NCBI GenBank assembly: GCA_041946805.1
Contig: JBHGBC010000062.1
Span: 1 to 30,127 of the forward strand
DNA: 30,127 bases
Source of the DNA: a bacterium
GTDB lineage: Bacteria; Hinthialibacterota; Hinthialibacteria; Hinthialibacterales; Hinthialibacteraceae
Direction: 5' to 3'
Below the pieces are notes generated by a model. The model did not search any database and had not been told where the DNA came from. It saw only the letters and a list, made by a program, of their open reading frames with translations. Within the stretch, counting starts at the first letter, position 1. Each line of letters starts with the position of its first letter. Below, one piece after another: positions 27,167-30,127 of this stretch. Both the position numbers and the translations under genes were made by a program.

Positions 27167-27581
27167 AATCCCCGCCAATCAGAAGGTTTTCATTATCATC
27201 ACCGGATTCGTCTTGTTGTGTATAGTGATCGAACTGGTCCGGCGCCGGAAAATGCTCGAGCAGTATTCCGCGCTCTGGATACTTATCGGCGTCCTATCCG
27301 TCACCTTCGTGTGGCTGTATCCCCTGGTCGAATGGATCACGGCGGTGATCGGCGCGGGCTGGACCACCTCGACCATTTTGTTCGGCGCGACGCTGGCGCT
27401 CTTGCTGCTCAACCTGCAGATCTGCGTGAAAATCTCCGAGTTTCAATACAATATCAAGGACATTGTCCAGGAACTGGCCATGCTCGCCGACCGGGTGCAA
27501 AAGATGCAGGAAAACGGCCCGCGCCGGCCAAACGCCGCGCCGGATGCTTCGTCCCCCTCCGTGGACACGGACGCGCCGTGA
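27153..27581 (+). CDS. DUF2304-family membrane protein
   Basis: IELVRRRKMLEQYSALWI, three TMs, KISE...IVQELA coiled coil; typical partner of the overlapping upstream GT2. Confidence 0.82.
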   Translation: MNGAEIPANQKVFIIITGFVLLCIVIELVRRRKMLEQYSALWILIGVLSVTFVWLYPLVEWITAVIGAGWTTSTILFGATLALLLLNLQICVKISEFQYNIKDIVQELAMLADRVQKMQENGPRRPNAAPDASSPSVDTDAP

Positions 27582-27593
27582 CCGCGGGCGGAT

Positions 27594-27959
27594 TCACGAT
27601 TTCCGCAGCATCATCTGCAAGCCCATGATCAGCAGCGCCATGCCGAAAATGCGGGTGAGAACCTTGTTCGACAGCGCGTTCGCGAACTGAGCCCCCACAT
27701 ACCCACCGAACACGAAGCCCAGGCACACCAGCGCCGCCGCGGTCAGGTCGATCTGGCCATGCTTGTAATATTCCCACGCCGCCAGGATGCCGATGGGAGG
27801 GACAAACAAGGCCAGCGTGGTTCCTTGCGCCTGGTGCTGGGACATGCCGAAGAAAAAGACGAACGCGGGGATAATGATGATGCCTCCTCCGATGCCGATT
27901 AATCCGCTGAGAATCCCCGCCACCAGGCCAAGCAAAATCAACAGCAGAACATTCAACAC
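27594..27959 (-). CDS. TauE/SafE (TSUP) family transporter, half-size form
   Basis: GILSGLIGIGGGIIIIP, QHQAQGTTLA, YYKHG, GGYVGA; GTG start after AAAGGAG. Confidence 0.88.
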   Translation of the reverse strand: MLNVLLLILLGLVAGILSGLIGIGGGIIIIPAFVFFFGMSQHQAQGTTLALFVPPIGILAAWEYYKHGQIDLTAAALVCLGFVFGGYVGAQFANALSNKVLTRIFGMALLIMGLQMMLRKS

Positions 27960-28220
27960 GCTTGGATCACTCCTTTGGCTGGACTTTTTACTTTCATGAT
28001 ACCGGCGCGGCGCGGGGAAACCAAGCGTCAACGGCCGGCGGTCCTTGGGTGATCAAGCCGAGCGGGCCTATCCTGATTGAAACGGATGATTGATCCAATA
28101 CGCATGCATGACGAAGCGGCCAATACTCCATCAATTGCTGGTTCGTCCGGTACAAGCGTGCTGGAGGGAGCAATAGAGATCCATCCGCGCTCATTATCCG
28201 GGCGGATGCCATGGTTCGTC

Positions 28221-28318
28221 TCTACTCAATTTCCCTCCCCCGAATCCTCCTCCCGAGGGAGAGCGAATTGGGGAGTTCACCTCCCCCGCCGGCCGGATTG
28301 AAGAGCGGACGAGCATCC
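28221..28318. repeat. ~98 bp composite repeat, copy 2
   Basis: 74/98 ungapped identity to 122-219; triplex motif degenerate. Confidence 0.78.
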
Positions 28319-28389
28319 ATGATAATTAAGGTGTACAAGCCGGATGAAACCTTTTGGTACGGCCGGATATCACGCGAGGCGGACTGAGA

Positions 28390-29337
28390 ATGTTGCGTCA
28401 ACTGGGGAGAGTCTTGGCTGCCGGGTACATTCTGTATTTTTTTTCTGAACGGTTATTCTGGTCTACCTTCCGGCCCTTGGATGGTCTGACCGGCAACCTC
28501 ATCACCTGGCTGGCGTACTCGGCGGCGGCCTACGTATTTCTTAGCGTCGTATGGTGCTTTCGTGTCCGGCAAGCACACGCGATCTTTATCGCCGGCGCCA
28601 TCTATGGATGGTTAGTCGAAGGAGTACTGGCAGGGACGCTCTACGGAACGGAGCCATCCGCACCCTTTCCCATCAGTTTGTCGTGCACGGCGCTCTCCTG
28701 GCACGCGCTGATCACCATCCTCCTTGGCTGGCACTGCGCCCGCACTCTCCTGGGACGGAATCGCCGGTTGCCAATCCTGGCTCTCGCGTCCGGCCTGGGT
28801 CTTTTTTGGGGATTTTGGGCCTCATTTCAATGGAAGGAAACGCCGCCGGTGATTACTCCAATATGGCTTTTCGGCCTGTATGGGGGAATGCTCACCGCGC
28901 TGCTGATTGGAAGTTACTGGCTGACAGAAAAACTGGACATTCAACATTTCCGCCCGGCCAAAACCGGTGTGATCATAACGACACTTATCCATCTTTTGTT
29001 TTTCTGGGGCCAAGTCACCCGGCTCGGTGGGAGGCCACTCCTCATTCTTCCCCCCCTCTTGCTTATGGCTCTATGCGCCCTGAGAATGGACAGCCGCCGC
29101 GCGGAGCCCAGTCCAGCCTTGTCCCCCATTCATGGCCGTTCCATGAAATTCCCAACCGGCCTCCTGCTTTTCGCCATGCCGTTGACGGCCACGGGGGCTT
29201 ATGCCGCGGCCATGGCGCTGGGGGACTATTGGATCCCGTTCCACCAAGTGATATGGGCGGTCACGATCCCGCTGGGAGCGGTTTTTCTGACCGGCTCTTT
29301 AGTGCAAGTATTACGGCGCAATGCCTTGCCGGACTGA
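28390..29337 (+). CDS. Hypothetical polytopic membrane protein
   Basis: 315 aa ORF with about 9-10 hydrophobic segments; no family recognised. Confidence 0.75.
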   Translation: MLRQLGRVLAAGYILYFFSERLFWSTFRPLDGLTGNLITWLAYSAAAYVFLSVVWCFRVRQAHAIFIAGAIYGWLVEGVLAGTLYGTEPSAPFPISLSCTALSWHALITILLGWHCARTLLGRNRRLPILALASGLGLFWGFWASFQWKETPPVITPIWLFGLYGGMLTALLIGSYWLTEKLDIQHFRPAKTGVIITTLIHLLFFWGQVTRLGGRPLLILPPLLLMALCALRMDSRRAEPSPALSPIHGRSMKFPTGLLLFAMPLTATGAYAAAMALGDYWIPFHQVIWAVTIPLGAVFLTGSLVQVLRRNALPD

Positions 29338-29477
29338 ATGCCTGGAGGCGGAGTCCCCTTGGTGGGAAACGTTAACATCCCTGCAGGGGATCAAAGTGAA
29401 TAGCGGCAGGCGGCAACCCGTGGTTTCGTGAAAAATCAACACCAATCCCGCTGGGCTTGAATGCCCCATTCGATCCC

Positions 29478-29529
29478 GGCGGGACGCCTGCACTTCTATT
29501 TTCTGGATTCCTGCTTGGACAGGGATGAC
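29478..29529. repeat. Degenerate REP-like hairpins
   Basis: GGCGGGACGCCTG (29478-29490) is the reverse complement of 6305-6317; CTGGATTCCTGCTTGGACAGGGATGAC (29503-29529) is an inverted relative of 6266-6291. Confidence 0.6.
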
Positions 29530-29731
29530 CTTCCTATAAGACTTTTGGGTAAAGCTCGGCCCCGAGGTAGAGGGGATTGGGTGGATTTCTTCATTAACCA
29601 GGATGGGCCATCGATCGCTCTTGGGCCGAAAAAGGCACGCACTTCCCGGATGAATCCTAAATGATCCTTTCACGACCCGGCGTGCGCGGAGCGGATGAGC
29701 TAAAATGGGAGATGATTCCGGGAGTGGCGCG

Positions 29732-30127
29732 ATGAATGGGAAACTGTTTCATTTTGTATGGCGAATCCTGGGGACCACGATTGTGTCCATTGCGGTTTTC
29801 GATAAGAATTTCGATTACTGGCTTCCCATCAATCCGGAGTGGGGAACGAAATCCTGGATCCATTGCTTATTCATTCATCTTGGTATTTGGCTGGTCGGTT
29901 TGGCGGTTTTTGTTTTCGATCACTCTCTTTCCCGCCGTGAGAAGCTCCAACAGCGGGTCATCCGTCCGTTTACGTTAAATATGGTATTGGTGTTTACAAG
30001 CCTGTTGACCCCGGTCACTTTTTGCGAATTGTTTTTGCGGAATGTGACATTCTTGATTCAGAAAGATGTTTCCTTATTCCAAAAAGACGAGGCGCTGGGT
30101 TGGCGCTTGCGGCCCAACGCCCAGTCG
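29732..30127 (+). CDS. Membrane protein, 5' fragment, probably SGNH/GDSL hydrolase-associated N-terminus (runs off right edge)
   Basis: Manual translation from ATG 29732 (GGAG upstream) stays open for 132 codons to the edge: MNGKLFHFVWRILG...LNMVLVFTSLLTPVTFCELFLR...KDEALGWRLRPNAQS. Not in the ORF track. Confidence 0.72.
   Translation, partial: MNGKLFHFVWRILGTTIVSIAVFDKNFDYWLPINPEWGTKSWIHCLFIHLGIWLVGLAVFVFDHSLSRREKLQQRVIRPFTLNMVLVFTSLLTPVTFCELFLRNVTFLIQKDVSLFQKDEALGWRLRPNAQS

Noticed and set aside
134..28265. 33 bp repeats as a CRISPR array
   Set aside because: Dispersed, in both orientations, no regular spacers, no cas genes.
29736..29978. 80 aa ORF from the track
   Set aside because: Alternative frame of the better supported gene starting at 29732.
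30093..30125. Imperfect palindrome near the right edge as another REP
   Set aside because: Lies within the coding frame LGWRLRPNAQ of the edge gene.

Overview
GC-rich bacterial chromosomal segment with about 27 supportable CDSs and no rRNA, tRNA, CRISPR array, transposase or integrase. From left to right: the 5' end of msrA (cut by the left edge, absent from the ORF track); an exported arylsulfatase; a minus-strand run of NifS/IscS cysteine desulfurase, pyruvoyl-dependent arginine decarboxylase, LacI regulator, a creatininase-family enzyme with a Tat-like leader and a two-subunit Mo-hydroxylase (IorAB-like). Next is the most interesting block (9.6-16.9 kb): an AGE-family epimerase, STAS, GlgX, STAS and RsbW-kinase operon facing a membrane-anchored HAMP-PP2C phosphatase. 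It resembles the Synechocystis icfG partner-switching cluster, rearranged and with no sigma factor in the window. Then come two orphan membrane proteins, a VanZ-like gene, a coupled trio of radical SAM genes (two B12-dependent) divergent from GT2/GT4 and GT2/DUF2304 genes, a half-size TauE/SafE, a multi-TM orphan, and the 5' end of a probable SGNH-type membrane protein (right edge, absent from the ORF track). The large intergenic spacers are mosaics of short structured repeats: about 9 BoxC/PIT-like intrastrand-triplex motifs, several REP-like hairpin families, and a ~98 bp composite element present twice, 28 kb apart. All calls come from reading motifs by eye; no database search was run.
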